Of a stretch of 64,000 bases of DNA, positions 1 to 11,814 are shown piece after piece. This DNA is from Paraspadella gotoi (taxonomy: Eukaryota > Animalia > Chaetognatha): the NCBI GenBank assembly GCA_051294375.1, contig CM119264.1:19971590-20035589 (forward strand), read 5' to 3'. The notes under the pieces are model-generated. The model searched no databases. It was not told the origin of the DNA and was given only the letters and a program-made list of their open reading frames with translations. The translations under genes and the position numbers were made by a program. Within the stretch, counting starts at the first letter, position 1, and each line of letters starts with the position of its first letter.

Positions 1-1950
1 ATTACTCAGAGAAAAACTTAGATAGAAAATGTTGTTTACCTTCTGGATTCTTTATACCTCAATTATTTTTTCTGTTTATTTTTGAAGAAAGTTTTTTTAT
101 TTAATTTCGGACAAAGAATGTTTCAAATGGATGACGTTTCATGATAGAACCTCCAATCAAGTAAGACAAATTGAAAATGCTCTATATTTATACCTTTGTA
201 TCAGAAAATCAGAAACAGATTCAGTCCATCAATGAAAGAAAATTCTGGTGAAGAGTTAAGGATCGGTTTATAAACTCGGTAAGTTAATATTGTAGACAAT
301 GATTTTGGAGGTTATTTAAATGTTGTTGGAAATTTTTAAAAAATTTTATTAGTAGTTAATAGTGTTAGCAGCATTGTTTTAATTGGAATCAAGCTTAGTT
401 TAGAATTACCTGAACACAGCCGAAATAGTCACAAATAACTATTTTTTACTTGTTATTAAATGTTAAGGTTTTTTCAAAACAGAAATCCTTGAAGATGACA
501 TTACTAGCAATAATCCTGATATCAACAGTGACACGAAGATGACATCTTCAGAAATGATGCTGATATCATATGAGGCAAAGATTTAAAGCAATGATATGGA
601 CATTATCAATCAAAGACCAAAGTCCGCATCTACTACCATCTTTTGTTAAAGATTAATAAAAAGGATAACTATTTCCAAAAGCTTTTGAAGTACACATTAT
701 TGTCTAAGTATCAAGAAATATAGGTTTTGAAATTTTTGAAATTAATATGTTTTTAAGGCAACCTTTTTTACAAAGAATGGTAATCACGGTCCTAGCTTGA
801 GTCAAGCTCTGGAGTGCCTACCTCCCAGGAATTTACTTACAGCAAAGGATAACAGTTTTTTAAAAAATATGAAAATGACCATTTCAAAATGGTCTATAAA
901 ATAATTAAATGATAATGATATATGAATGTTGTAAGAATCGTATACATTTAACTAAACTAATTCTTTCGATGTTTCTAACTAAGCGGGTTCCCTAATAATT
1001 GGAGGCCGGCTGAAATTTTTCAGTGACAGGTAACATTCAAAATTCCATGAAGTAATTAATTAATTTAATAAAAATTATTTATAAATTTACAGTTTTTGAT
1101 TTGATCATTGGTGGGCTGAAATTTTTGACATTTGGTGAAGACGTTTACAACAGGAATATCAGAAGGCTTTCATAGTATTAGTGCATCAGTTTTACCGTGA
1201 ATAAAAATTCCAGTTGAAAATAATATCATTTTTTCCCTAAATAATATGAACATGTGGTATGAATATAGTAGTCAATTTGCAATGTCCAAAGCGTTAGACA
1301 GACCAAGCCTCAAAAGAAGAATCATGGTTATTAAAAATTGAGAAAAGTGGCTTTGAATTCCAAAAAAAAAAAAAAATGAAATGAATCGAAAAATCATTTA
1401 ACCAATCAAACGTTTTTCCCTCATATATCATTATTATTGTAGTATTTAGTAGTAAGTTCCAAATAAAAAGAAACAATAGTTTTATTGCTACTTGAAAAAT
1501 TAAAATGTTCCTGTGAAAGTTTCTGACTTATCAAATTTTTATGATCATAAGGGGTTATATCAAATTATCCTTGTCTTAATAAAATAACGCAATATTAGTT
1601 GGAATCTTACAAAAACATATATAATTAATAAATATAATATAATTATAGTATTGGTATACATTTAAGTAAAAATTCAACCCAAACAGAATCAAAGTGTTGT
1701 ATCGGTATTAACTTAGTGGTGAGGCTGTTGACTGTTTAAAATAAAGAAATTGCTACAATGATGTCGATTCCAAAAAAAATAAAAAATTTTGGTAAAATTC
1801 GTTTAGGCTAGGCTGAGAAACGTTTGGTGTATTATTTTCCTTTTAAAAAATGAAATATTTCTTTCACAGTAACATTCCAAAAATTATGTGACAGTTAATG
1901 ATGAAACCATATCAATATCATATCAAACAACCTAATTCTAACCTATAAAG

Positions 1951-2510
1951 TAAGGCGTGTGAAGTTTTCAGATCAAAATACGAATATGTTGTTCATGAAC
2001 AGTCTTGTATCAAAAGAACATTGATATATAAATTTTTTAAAAAAAAATTTATTAATTTTCGCATGAGTACTTACCATAGAAAATGTCAAAATTTTTAAAA
2101 ATTTTTTATTTTTAGTTTTGAAGCAGATTTGAATTCCTCATAAAAAGTTAATAAAAGAAAAATCTTAATCAAAAATTCTTCATTAAGTTAGTAAAAATAG
2201 CTATATTTTTATACTAATAAATTATAGTTAATAATAGTTTTTCATTTTGACCCACTTAATAAAATAATTTTAAATTTTAATTCCTTTTATCAACTTTTTG
2301 TAGGAATTCAAGAATCTCAATTCAAAATATAAAGGAAAACTTTTGAACATTTTTATTTATGGTAGTACATATTGTAGTAGATTATGCCCTATGCGAAAAA
2401 ATTAAAAAAAATAAAAATTATTTTTTTATTTACAAAAATGTTCACCTGTTTGTGATCTACTATTCAAATTTGGATTCTACTTAATTTTAAATATTTTTGC
2501 TAACGCTTTA
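1951..2510. mobile_element. Degenerate MITE related to the TAAGGCG hAT family
   Basis: Starts taaggcgt, ends aacgcttta; internal gatttgaattcctc...cattaagt blocks shared with 6998-7577; no clean TSD. Confidence 0.5.
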
Positions 2511-3320
2511 CCTAGTCACTTTTTTATGACAATTCCTTCTCTGCTCAGATTGGCCATGAGGAAAGTGCCTGCAACGTTTTCCAATCATAAAGAGTTTTAG
2601 AACTTTGATCTAAATTTAGTCTGCCACTAATAGTAAATGAGATGCCCCGTTCTCACTTTTATGAATAAGCAGGGAGCAAATCTAATACCAAGTCATTTGG
2701 CCTGCCAATTTCTGGCATCCAATGGTACTACAAGATTCTTAGAATAGTAAGCATGAATAAAAATCACTACCGCACACCTGGCAAGATTCTCTAAATCTTG
2801 ACAAACAAATAAGAAAATCAAGTAAGAATTGCAACATCAATAGAATCGTTAATAAAGGTAGATGATCATATGCTAAGAAGAGTTTTTGTGGATACCAAAA
2901 GACAAATCTCCAACACCCTATAAGTTATTTATAAGTATGATGGAAATCTCTGTAAACAGATTTACACTCCTGCTTGTTTCATTACAAAAGTCTGGATGCC
3001 ATTAGCGCCTTTACCCGGGATCAAAATGACCATGAACGCCTCCTCTGCACACTTGCAAAGAATTTATTGTAATCATCATTAGTCAAGTCAAGAATCTTTC
3101 TCTAATGGTAATAAAAGCAATAACAACAACAAATACTATGTCTGGTTATTCAATAGAACAAAATATAAGGACATGATGCACATAAGTAATGAAAATTGTT
3201 TGGCAAAGGGCTTATAACTATTTAAAACCCCCTTACCATTCCTTTCTTTTCAATCTCACCAACTTTGCCTGACTTTGTAGGAGACTGTCCTGTTTCTTAT
3301 CGTGCTCTCCTTGTTATAAC

Positions 3321-3525
3321 TGAAGAGACAGTAATTATTATTATGGTAAGTGACAGAACCGTTTCAATATAAGCCAGTCCCTGAGCTTCGGATCAGGCTG
3401 TAAACACCTGCTAGGCGACCAACCGGCTAGAACCCCAGACCATTTGGGTTGGGAGGCAAAATGACTTGCCTCCGGACAGACCAAATGGTCGCTCAATGAA
3501 TGGTTGGTGGATTTAGTCCACCATA
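3321..3525 (-). mobile_element. Solo LTR (TA...CA family, same as TRIM-like element at 56447)
   Basis: Homologous to LTR at 56447-56668; flanked by 4-bp direct repeat taac (3317-3320, 3526-3529). Confidence 0.75.
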
Positions 3526-3700
3526 TAACAACCATGTATAAGTTGATCATAAAAATAACCTACGGTATCTCCTGACTTTAGACATGCTTTACTGTTTAAG
3601 GTTCTTTGCAATAACATTCAGTATCAATCAATGAGACTTTCATTCATTAGCCCTTCCTCAGTGCAATACAAATGGCCAAACTCACCATTTTTGTGCGCTT

Positions 3701-3997
3701 TGTAGTCGGGCATTGCCTAGTTCACAGCGCCTATAAGCAGAGACCTTCAGTCTGGACCCGGTAGCTCAATTGAGTAATGCCATCAGCTGCATGAACACTA
3801 GGTACCGGGGTTCATCCTAACCCGGTACCTACCCTGGCGGGAAGCGTGAGGACGGCCGAAAGCTGCTTTGGGGGCATGGCAAACACTCAAGCCTGGTTCC
3901 GCAAGCCCCAGGGACCCGTTCCATGGCTTGCTAGAGGGGGTATTAATAGAAAGTTACGGACAGTCATCTTCAGCCCATGTACTTTCTTATATCCACA
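3701..3997 (+). mobile_element. Solo LTR (TG...CA, 4-bp TSD) with embedded tRNA-like cassette
   Basis: tgtagtcggg...tatccaca flanked by gctt/gctt; internal cctataag then tagctcaattgagt (A-box-like) and ggttcatcc (B-box-like); second copy 34774-35024. Confidence 0.8.
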
Positions 3998-6880
3998 GCT
4001 TTAACCTCAAAAAAAATTATAAAAGTTTTGATTAACACCATCTGTCATTTGTCAAATTCATTCCATTATGGGCACAGCCGGGTTCCTTGTGATTGCCACA
4101 CCATCTTTCTTTTGCTTCTATTCTGCTTCTTTCTCGTGGGCGTCAGACAACAGAGTTGTGGTCCTTTCTGACTATTCAGTTGCATGAAAATTAATAGGAA
4201 AACCAAAAGTAGCAATGAACATTTTTTTCGGTATTACCATCAAGAAAAATGGACACAGAAACCAGATATTCTCACCTCATGATAAAGATAACTGCACTAA
4301 TTTATTTACATTTTGCTTTGCTGTTTTGATAATTTGGTTTTTTTTTTTTTTTTTTTTCGTCGTTTTTTGATTGATTCACAAATTTAATTTTTTTTAATTG
4401 TCTACATTATAATATAATGATATACATAATCTCCATTTAGTTATTAAAAAAACAATTTATTTGGGAAAACTTTCAAATAGCGGTAAGCACAATTGTAAAA
4501 GAGAACAAAATTTTTATTTCAAAAACTTAAAAACACGGTAAACCAAAAGTAAAAAATAAAATAAAAAATCGCGGATCCCAGATTTTTTTCCTAAATTCGT
4601 TTGTGTCAACATTTATCGTTTTTTTGCACTTTTTTCATGGGAGCTTCTATAAAAATCGTTCTGAGAGTGATTCCTTGTCAATGAAGCTCATTGCCAAAAT
4701 TTAAAAATTTTTAAAAATTTGCATTCAGAAGAAAAGTCTCTTTTCCTGAGGGTAAGTAAATTGAACAAAAACTCAAGTTAATGCAATCAACCGTCATTTA
4801 TATACTTTAGCTACATTTGCGAGTATCCATTTTGCAATCAGTTTGTTTTCATAGGAAAATAACTTTAGCAACGATTGAATATTTTTTTTCTAATTTTTAA
4901 TTTGACTTTTATTCCAAAGATTGAGATAGAAAAAAAAGCATACTACCAATGTGTAGATCATGATTAAAATTATCTAATATCCAAAAAGTCTTACCACAGG
5001 CTATCTTTATTGGTTTTGAGAGAGAGAACCCTTTTTGAAAAATTGTCAACCTTAGAAGGCTATATCTCAAAAAAAGTTGATATCTAGAAAAATTTTGGAT
5101 TGGTGGCATCTTGTACCCCGGGAAGAATGGGAATCAAGTGACCATCGGACGACTTCTTTTTTTTTTAAATTTTTTTTTTCAAGATCCCATGAACAGACTC
5201 CCGTTAAACCGCAATGAAAACTGCGGGCGTGAAGAAAGAAACTTCTTTATAACTCTCTTTTCGGAGTCTTCATCAGCTTTTGCCAATCAACAAATTGATC
5301 TCTTTAACATTAGTTTTTAGAGAGAGAGAAAGAGAAAAAGAGAGAGCTTCCAGCAAAGAATATAGAAAGGACAGTGGTCAGATGTGAGGACAGGTGAAGG
5401 TAAGGACAGGGAAGAAGAAAAAATTGGTTGAAACTTGAAAGGTGAAATTTTGGAGAGTGAACAGAGATAGAGAAAATATTTACATTTGGCAATGTATAAC
5501 AATTAATAGTGGGAGAAAACTTAATAGACTATAAATGAATAAATAACATAGGATTAATAATTTAGTTTACAGTTAATAAGAGTGAAATGTGAAATGGAAA
5601 ATAAGTTGTGAGGGATAAGTGAAATATATAGATAAAGAAAGAGCTCAAAAAAGAGCTGCCCCCCCGGGCAAATGAGGGACGCTGACGATAAGAACGGGTC
5701 ATTGACTTGTCATAGGCTGATAGGTTATTGTTGTAGAGTGAGATTGACCACTGTGGTAGTGAGCCGCCCGGAAAAATACTGGAATATCTCTTTGGCCTGA
5801 TAAGCCTGCCGATGACCCTCCTCTCGCCTAACAACGAGGTGGGTGATTATCTGTTCTTGTCTGCTTCGATACAGGAGATACAGATTCCTCCTCCTGCAGC
5901 CGTCGTTTTGGGCGGCGCTCAGCATGAGGAGAGTCGTGCCAAGTTGCTGCAGGTTCGGGAGAGGTATCGGACGTCCATTGCCTGCTGAGAGGCCTCCGCC
6001 TGACCCGTTGAGTAACGTGCGGTTGGGGTGGTGCTGGGTGTTCCACCTCCATTTTGATAAGCGAATCATAGCTTGAAGGGAGGTCGAATCGTCCTCCATC
6101 ACGATTCAGAGAGGGCTTGAGGGCTTTGATGTACATTGCCTCTCTAATACAGTGTGTCCCAATGTCTGTTAAGAAAAGCTTACTGCTCCGATACCAGATC
6201 GAAAAATTTTAATTTATTATAATAAATATGCGCACAAGTATGGACCATTTTATATGATACCTAAATTTTCAAATTGAACAAAGCAAACTCCTTGAGTTAT
6301 TACATAAAGCAAATGGTAAAAACATTTTTTCAGTGATTTTTTGAAGAAAAAAAATTTAAATTATATATTTTTTAATATTTATCAATAGACATATTGAAGT
6401 AATCCTTTCTTTTTCGTTGTTAGTAGTGATTAGAGAATTGACAAAGTTTTTGTTTGCAACGAATTTTATTTTAATTGAACCGACAAGTTTCGACTTGCTT
6501 TACATTGGGAATTTTTCCGCCTGGTACAATCCCCGGTGCAGAATTTACCGGTTCAGTCGCACTCTCCTCTCTGCCATTGACGCGCCAATGACCCGTCACC
6601 ATCGTCCATGCCCTTCATTTGCATAATCCAAGGGGGCCAGCTCATTTTGAGCTCTTTCTTACTCCTTAAATTTCACTTTATATTCACTTAACACTTAAAA
6701 TTCTCACATTTCATTTTTCACAAATTTCATTTCATTTTTCACTTTTTATCCCTTAGTTAACTATTTATCCATTAGATAATTGTTAAATTTCACTAATTTT
6801 AGTTTTTCAAAGAATTTATCTTTGTTGTACATTGCACAATGTATCATTTATTATTTATTTATCCCTGTTGTCTCTCTCTT

Positions 6881-6912
<32 letters not shown>

Positions 6913-6952
6913 CTCCCTTCTTATGCACAAATTTCAAACCAAACTGTCAAAA

Positions 6953-6993
6953 ACGCTGATGAAGGTTTGTAAAGCAAGTCGAAACATGTCTGT
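6953..6993 (+). ncRNA. Minimal type I hammerhead ribozyme
   Basis: acg CTGATGAA ggtttgt aaa gcaagtc GAAA catg TC tgt. Confidence 0.8.
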
Positions 6994-6997
6994 TCAA

Positions 6998-7577
6998 TAA
7001 GGCGTAGTGAAAGTTACATACGAAAATTCTAAAAGTCAATTATGAACAACATACCATCAGTGAACATTAATTTGTAAAAAAAAATAATTTTATGTTTTTT
7101 AATTTTCGCAGTAGGCTATATTTATATATAGTACTAACCTTATAAAATTGAAAAATTTCAAAATAAGCTTTTCTTAATTTTGATTGCAGATTTGAATTCC
7201 TCGTAAAAAGTTGATAAAAGAAAATATAAATCATTTTTAAAAATTCTTTCATTAAGTGGATTAAAAATTTAAAAAACTATATTTAATATATAAAAAGTTA
7301 ATTTTCAGCTTAAAATATAGCTTTTTTCTAATTTTTGACCCACTTAATGAAGGAATTTTTCAAAAAGAGTTATATTTCTTTTTATCAACTTTTTATGACG
7401 AATTCAAATCTGCAAAAAATCTTAGAAAAAACAGTTTTGAAATTTTAACATTTATTTGTAAATTGTAAAATTTATTCTAATTTTTTTATTATATAAATGT
7501 TTATTAGTATAATGTTGTTCGTTCCTCACTTTTAGAATTTTAATTAAAGTCAAATTTAGAAATTTTACTACGCCTTA
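6998..7577. mobile_element. hAT-type MITE (TAAGGCG family)
   Basis: TIR taaggcgtagt / actacgcctta; perfect 8-bp TSD ctgttcaa; near-identical copy 17824-18421. Confidence 0.92.
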
Positions 7578-8524
7578 CTGTTCAATTAAAATAAAATTCG
7601 TTGCAAACAAAAACTTTGTAAATTCTCTAATATTTATCAAATATTTTTTATAATATTGATTAAAAATCGTTTTAAATATTCTTTTAGATGCAGGACAGTA
7701 AGAAACTACCTCATATTTTTAGCTCCAGAGCTTTTATAATGCAATAATCATCATTTTTAAAATTGTTTAATGTTTTTTTAATGTTTATTTACCTTGTTCA
7801 TATTACTTTTTTAATTGATTAAATAATAATTTATTGATTAAATAGCAACTATTTTGATCTGGCTTAATGATTCAATCGCTCACAACGTCCAATAATAAAA
7901 TTTAAATTTAAAATTAACATATTTTTATCAATTTTTATATATTTTTTAATATTTATTTCTTTTTATTAATGCTCTTATTTTTTACATATTAAAATTTAAA
8001 TAACTTATATCTATTTAAAATATTTTTTTATTTATTTTTTTTAATAAAATTTATTTTAAAATAAAAAAGAATATCTAAAAATTAAAAAAGTGAGAAAATA
8101 GGACTCATTTAAATTGAATGTTCTGCAAAAAAAATTGATAAAAATTGAATTCTAAATATATTATTTTTGACATTGTTATCTCAGAAATAAGATTTCATAA
8201 CACAGTTCCGCACAATATGTAAAAGTTAACCGACAGTACCATTGGGACACACTGTACCTCTAGAGAACCAGTTTTGGTCATGGGACAGCACAAGGCAGTC
8301 AGTCTCTCTAAACAGATGGCCAGTTGCTGAATGCTCGGCACCTTTCAAGTTTCAACCAATTTTTTTTTCTTCCCTGTCCTTACATTCACCTGTCCTCACA
8401 TCTGACTACTGTCCTTTCTTAATTCTTTGTTGGAAGCTCTCTGTTTTTTTTTTCTCTCTCTCTATTTTTCTCTCTCTCTCTTTCTAAAAACTAATGTTAA
8501 AGAGATCAATTTGTTGATTGGCAA

Positions 8525-8566
8525 AAGCTGATGAAGACTCTTAAAAGAGAGTCGAAACATGTACGA
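8525..8566 (+). ncRNA. Hammerhead ribozyme (core and stem II intact, stem I weak)
   Basis: CTGATGAA gactct taaaag agagtc GAAA catg TA. Confidence 0.7.
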
Positions 8567-8683
8567 CCATAAAACTGTCAATAAAAAAATCGTTGTGAAT
8601 ACAAAAATCTGTTTTTCCTAATACCAAAACGCAACGAAATGAAAGGATTATAACAATGTCTACAATTATGAGATAGAATAAAA

Positions 8684-10344
8684 AAGGCTTCATATAATAA
8701 AATGTGGTACCCCTTTTTTGTGACCAGAACACGTTCCGAGAAAACTACTGGACCAAATTTATTGAATTTTAGTATGAATATAAATAGAACTATCGAGGCG
8801 AATTTCAATATTTGACCCCTGAGCCGTGAAATGGGGCCCCGGAGGGGTCACCCTTAGGGGCAATAAATGGTCAAAAAATGTTTTTTAATTTTTTTTATTA
8901 TTTTTGATTTTAAGTTGCGTAGACGTTTACTTTTCCACAGAAACGTATTAATTACCACAGAAATATTAGTTTACATTAATTTTCAGCTTCATGAACATCA
9001 GCAGTTCAAGTCAGTTTTGGAATAATTTAGGAAAATTGGAAGTAAAATGATGAACCATGCATCTTCAAACTATGCTTAATTATTAGGGCGTTGAAAAATA
9101 ACGAAATATAACAAATCAAGTGAGGTACATAGCTATTTTAGTGTAATAAAGTTTGTAGAATTCGATGATGATAACCATTTTTTTGTATAGTCTCATCTTC
9201 TTTGTCGGAAATGGCGATTTTTGCAGCATATAAGGTGCTATTAAAATGGAGCAAACATTGTAGTGTATAAGAAACTCAAATTATTAAGATTTTATAAAAG
9301 TCATATTTAACTTACATAATATGAAAATAAAGACCCATATAAATATTTTGGTAAGTTTATTTACAAATTTTATATTTTATTAATAGTTTGTTAGCTATAT
9401 TTAATAATAAATAATAAAAAAAAAGCTAAAGTGAAAAAATTAAAATTTTAAAATTTTAAAACCAGATTTGAATTCCTTACAAAAATTTGATATAAGAAAA
9501 TATAATCCATTTTAAAAAATTAGTAGGTTAAAAATATTAACAACTATTATTTTTGTTTAATTTTTCAATTTTTGGCTTAAAATTATAGTTTTCTGAATTT
9601 TGACCAACTTAATGACATAATTTTGATATAAAAATTATATTTTCTTATATCAACTTTTTGCAAAGAATGCAAATCCATGAAAAAAATTTTGAAATTATTA
9701 TTTTTTAACTTTAGCCCAATTTTTACTCATAATTATTAATAAATATAGTTATAGTTATAGTTAGAGTTTTATAAAACATAAAATTTAGAAAAATATTTTT
9801 ATAAATATTTTTATAAATCTTTATTTTTATATTTCAAAAGCTCATATAAATTTTATAAAATTTTAATAATTTGATTTATCATAACTTATAATGGTTTTAA
9901 TAATTTTATATACATTAAAAACCCTTATTTTCGACAAGAAAGATAAAATTATACAAAAAAATGGTCATCACCATCGAATTCTACAGACTACATTACACTA
10001 AAATAGCTATGTACCTCACTTGATTTGTTATATTTTGTTATTTTTCAACGCTCTAATAATTATTGAACATTTTTCAATTTTAGTTTTAAAATGTTTTTTT
10101 ATATGATGCCACTAAAAAAATTTTTAAATATAAAAAAAAATTTAAGGTTTTTTTGGCTCCCCAGTGGTCCACCCCCAGGGCCCTGTATCTCTTGTCAGGG
10201 GTTGAATATTAAAATTTGCCTCGATAGTTCTATTTATATCGTCATTAAGACTCTAAATGTAAAATTTCATGAAATTCGATCAGGTAGTTTGGTACAGATT
10301 CTGGTCACAAAAAAGGGGTACTACATTTTATAATATGAAGCCTT
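8684..10344. mobile_element. Long imperfect inverted-repeat (foldback-like) non-autonomous element
   Basis: aaggcttcatataataaaatgtggtaccccttttttgtgaccagaa is the inverse of 10298-10344; similarity extends ~190 bp; no TSD found. Confidence 0.7.
9084..10055. mobile_element. hAT-type MITE (TAGGGCG family)
   Basis: Long TIR tagggcgttgaaaaataac...; TSD ttaattat/ataattat (7/8). Confidence 0.88.
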
Positions 10345-10409
10345 CGGTAAGTAAAAATAATTATTTCCCAAATTATTAAAGTAGCATCTATCAATCTGAG
10401 ACTGCAAGT

Positions 10410-11390
10410 TAGAGCGTTGAAAAATAACAAAATATAACAAAATCAAGTGAGGTACATAGCTATTTTAGTGTAATGTAGTCTGTAGAATTGGATGGTGATG
10501 ACCATTTTTTTGTATAATTTTATCTTTCTTGTCGGAAATGGCGGTTTTTAATGTTTATAAAATTGTTAATATAAAACACCATTATAAGTTATGATAAATC
10601 AAATTATTAAAATTTTAAAAAATTTATATGAGCTTTTGAAATATAAAAATAAAGACTTATAAAAATATTTTGGTAGGTTTATTTTTAAATTTTATGTTTC
10701 ATAAAAAGTTAGTTAACTATATTATTAATAATTATGAGTAAAAATTGGGCTAAAGTTAAAAAATAATAATTTCAAAAAATTTTTTCATGGATTTGCATTC
10801 TTTGGAAAAAGTTGATATAAGAAAATATAATTTTTATATCAAAATTATGTCATTAAGTTGGTCAAAATTCAGAAAAACTATAATTTTAAGCCAAAAATTG
10901 AAAAATTAAACAAAAATAATAGTTTTTAATATTTTTAACCTACTTAATGAAAGATTTTTTAAAATGGATTATACTTTCTTATACTAATTTTTGTAAGGAA
11001 TTCAAATCCGGTTTTAAAAATTTTAAAATTTTTATTTTTTTACTTTAGCTTATTTTTTATTATTATTTATTAATAAATATAGCTAACAAACTATTAATAA
11101 AATATAAAATTTGTAAATAAACTTACCAAATATTATATGGGTCTTTATTTTTATATTATGTAAGTTAAATATGGCTTTTATAAAATCTTAATAATTTGAG
11201 TTTCTTATACTCTACAATGTTTGCTCCATTTTAATAGCATCTTATATGCTGCAAAAATCGCCATTTCCGACAAAGAAGATGAGACTATACAAAAAAATGG
11301 TTATCATCATCGAATTCTACAGACTTTATTGCACTAAATAGCTATGTACCTCACTTGATTTGTTATATTTCGTTATTTTTCAACGCCCTA
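10410..11390. mobile_element. hAT-type MITE (TAGGGCG family), opposite orientation to 9084-10055
   Basis: tagagcgttg...caacgcccta; perfect 8-bp TSD ctgcaagt. Confidence 0.92.
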
Positions 11391-11556
11391 CTGCAAGTAT
11401 ATATAAAACTCATAATCATGGATATACTTGGCCCTTATTAAGGGGCCCTTGTTAAATAAAATTTTTTGGAAAAATAATGATATTGTACAATGTATATAGC
11501 TACAGTGTAAGATATTTTTATATCCACTGCTGAGTCAAAAAAAACTTTTATTTTAG

Positions 11557-11814
11557 AAAAAACTTTGGAATTATTTCCTGGAACAGGAAAAGAAGGAGAA
11601 AATATCCAATTAATAGGTATATACAGTAGTAAAACATCTGACAAACCACAGTGGTTTAAAGGTAATGACGAATTGTATCCAAACGAAAAATATCAATTTG
11701 AACAAAAAGATGAGGAATATCGTTTAATCATTAACGATGCAATTGCTGAAGATGAAGGCATTTACAGATTATTGCTTGAAAAAAAGGAGGTTTCAACAAA
11801 CCTGGTCATAAATG
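11557..11814 (+). CDS. Ig exon 1 (phase 1-1, 258 bp)
   Basis: ttttag|AAAAAACTTTGGAA...AATG|gttagt; PQWFKG...LIINDAIAEDEGIY. Confidence 0.85.

Larger units (their letters stand above)
6386..7630 (-). mobile_element. Short two-armed Penelope-like insertion
   Basis: Tail-bearing arm on - strand (6386-6503) is the inverse of 6968-6997 plus 7578-7630; direct repeat taatatttatcaa at 6373-6385 and 7628-7640. Confidence 0.8.
6150..8254. mobile_element. Tc1/mariner-type non-autonomous element
   Basis: TIR cagtgtgtcccaatg / cattgggacacactg; TA duplicated (6148-49, 8255-56); interrupts the Penelope sequence at a site that is uninterrupted at ~26660. Confidence 0.9.
5250..8656. mobile_element. Penelope-like element: inverted arm with GIY-YIG C-terminus (-) plus direct pLTR arm with tail (+), split by a Tc1/mariner MITE
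   Basis: Minus strand REAMYIKALKPSLNRDGGRFDLP matches the copy at 26570-26670; sequence resumes cctctagagaaccag after 8256; direct arm 8341-8656 ends in caacgaaatgaaaggattataacaa; left end degenerate. Confidence 0.85.

Noticed and set aside
205-590. Possible upstream exons (AG at ~204 and ~482, GT at ~279)
   Set aside because: Short frames end in stops and show no Ig or other recognisable motif; cannot be supported.
2530-3070. Decayed coding sequence suggested by higher GC
   Set aside because: Frames I tried contain stops and no recognisable motif; BLASTX would be needed.
3754-3997. Functional tRNA gene or ordinary tRNA-derived SINE
   Set aside because: Anticodon and T stems do not pair properly; homology between the two copies extends upstream to TGTAGTC and both have TG..CA ends with 4-bp TSDs, which fits an LTR.
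4399-4410. Left TSD of the 5250-8656 Penelope (tgtctacattat versus tgtctacaattat at 8657)
   Set aside because: Imperfect match and 840 bp from the recognisable arm with no clear pLTR sequence between; not used to set the boundary.
5562-6102. Independent small genes in overlapping ORFs (also 26211-26559, 30004-30526)
   Set aside because: Alternative frames of the GC-richer Penelope 3' region; only the RT/GIY-YIG frame has recognisable motifs.
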